From Camelus ferus (Eukaryota): DNA of 64,000 nt. The translations under genes and the position numbers were made by a program. Shown here in pieces: positions 62,281 through 64,000 of this stretch; position 1 is the stretch's first letter; the number at the start of each line of letters is the position of its first letter. The notes beneath the pieces are model-generated. The model ran no database searches. It worked only from the letters and a program-made list of their open reading frames with translations, and was not told the DNA's origin. The stretch covers positions 50,408,001 to 50,472,000 of the forward strand of contig NC_045697.1 in the NCBI RefSeq assembly GCF_009834535.1, given 5' to 3'.

Positions 62281-64000
62281 GGGTAACATTAAGGTGTTGG
62301 CATGTGATGGGTCGATTAACAAAACCTGCATTAAACTAGCCCAGCCCATGCTTATTTTCTTGTTAGGTGCATGGCACTGGAGGCTTATGGGGAATTTTTG
62401 GGTGACTTTCTCCAAATATTTCTTTGAATTCAGATAAAATGAATGTAGTACCTGTGTTTGGTTTTATATGATGGCAGTTACCATTAGCTGGTTACCAGAG
62501 AGGATTTTTTTTTTAAGATTCATGTTTTATGTCTCCCTCTTTATGAATCCATGGTGGAGGCTATTAAACAGCACTTATGTTTTATAATATCTTGTGACCA
62601 TTTAGGGAGAGATATGTTCTAGAATTGACCAAAGTGAAATTCAGTGCCTACAATATCCTCTTCTTTAAAAATTGCAATATCCTATCTAACTCTGGTTTTC
62701 TGGATTTTTTTTTCTTTCTGCATAATGTATTCAAAATGACTGATTCCATTGTTGTTGTAAAAAGTTTAAGGTAAATCCTCTCTGAAATCTCTTGAAAGTG
62801 AGCCATTTCAGCACCTTCCAGAAGACCAGGTTTTTGGCCTTGAGATACAAGAAGGATGAAGTTGAATTTAACTGAGTGGGAACGTTGTAGAAGGAACACA
62901 TTTTGAGGGGAATAAAAGTTTTTGAACATGTTACCTTTTAATGTCCAGTGGCTATCCAAGTGGAGATATTAGATGGGTAGATGGATAATGAATTTGGGAC
63001 TCAGGAAAAACATTAAGGCTAGGACTGATCAGTATACTGATGACAATTAAAGGCATAAGACTGTGTGGAATAGACAGTGGCTGTAGAGCACAAAATTTCC
63101 AAGACTGAGATCTGGGGGCCCTCTAGCATTTACAAATCAGGCGTGGGAATGGAAGATATTAAGGAAGATCCAGCATGCAACTGAAAACAGGTGAAAAACC
63201 AGATGAGTGTGGCATCCTGGAAGCCAAGAGGCTAAAGTGTTTTAAGACGTTTTTTTCTTAATTAACCCTTTGGGTTCTCAGACATGGAACAGAGTCAATC
63301 TGATGGTTCTGTGAGATCCCAAGAATTTCATTTTACAAGAATTTCTGTTTCTTCCCCACAAAATTCTAAACTAAATCTCAGACTAATTCCTCATGATGGT
63401 TTGTTCTGCTGCCTCTGACATGGCCAGAGCTGTGGTAGAACTGGGGATGGGAAGACCTTGTTTCTCATGCCAGGTTCATCTCTTACTACCACTGTGACCC
63501 TGGACAAATTAGTTTACCTCCACAGAAAATGGTCATGGCTCTGCCTCCCTGCGCTACCCACAGGCTAATGAAGTGGACCAGGGAACTAATAAACGGGCAT
63601 AGCACCCTACAGATTGTTGAAGCACGAACCTCGGAAGCCATTGCTCTGACAGAGGTTCAGAGGACCGTTTCCTGTTCTGAAGGCTTGGGAAAGCCAAGCC
63701 TCTTGGTTGGCAGATGCTGAGGGAATCACAGGACATTCTTCTGGCTGATGCGTCCTTTCAAAAGTTATTTCTCTGTGGGACAGCTATTCATTTTAGAAAT
63801 ACTTTTAAAAAATACCCTTTAAAATATTCTTCTAAAAAATACTAACCCCTACATGATTAATGTAGTTCCTTATATTTCAAAGAAATTCATCACTATGGTA
63901 GGCTACAAAATATGATAAATTTATATAATGCTTTCTGAAACTAAAGCCATATGTCTTTATATTTAAACATATTGTAGACCTGTCACTGCTTTGAAATCCT

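Noticed and set aside
27300..64000. Exons of neighbouring EGF-family genes (EREG upstream; BTC on the other side)
   Set aside because: No second EGF-domain or other credible coding exon was seen; by synteny they probably lie outside the window

Overview
AT-rich mammalian genomic DNA, not prokaryotic. It contains one protein-coding gene, amphiregulin (AREG), complete on the minus strand. AREG has a CpG-island promoter with a TATA box and a palindromic CRE near 27.1 kb, five coding exons (762 nt, 253 aa pro-amphiregulin) and a non-coding sixth exon with AU-rich elements and an ATTAAA poly(A) signal. All splice junctions are GT-AG and phase-compatible. The rest is intergenic and repeat-rich (L1, L2, MIR, MaLR/ERV solo LTRs, hAT MER elements, microsatellites). 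Three tRNA-derived SINEs look like the camelid family, so the source is probably a camel, alpaca or llama (inference). I found no evidence of a new biological system. The best leads are regulatory or evolutionary: a three-fold recurring overlapping AP-1/TEAD 11-mer, an apparently altered miR-34/449 seed site in the 3'UTR, a sense-oriented SINE placing AATAAA signals behind an in-frame stop after the transmembrane exon, an in-frame ATG at the predicted start site, and clear retrotransposition or repair scars. Comparisons with human AREG and repeat family names come from memory and need alignment to confirm.
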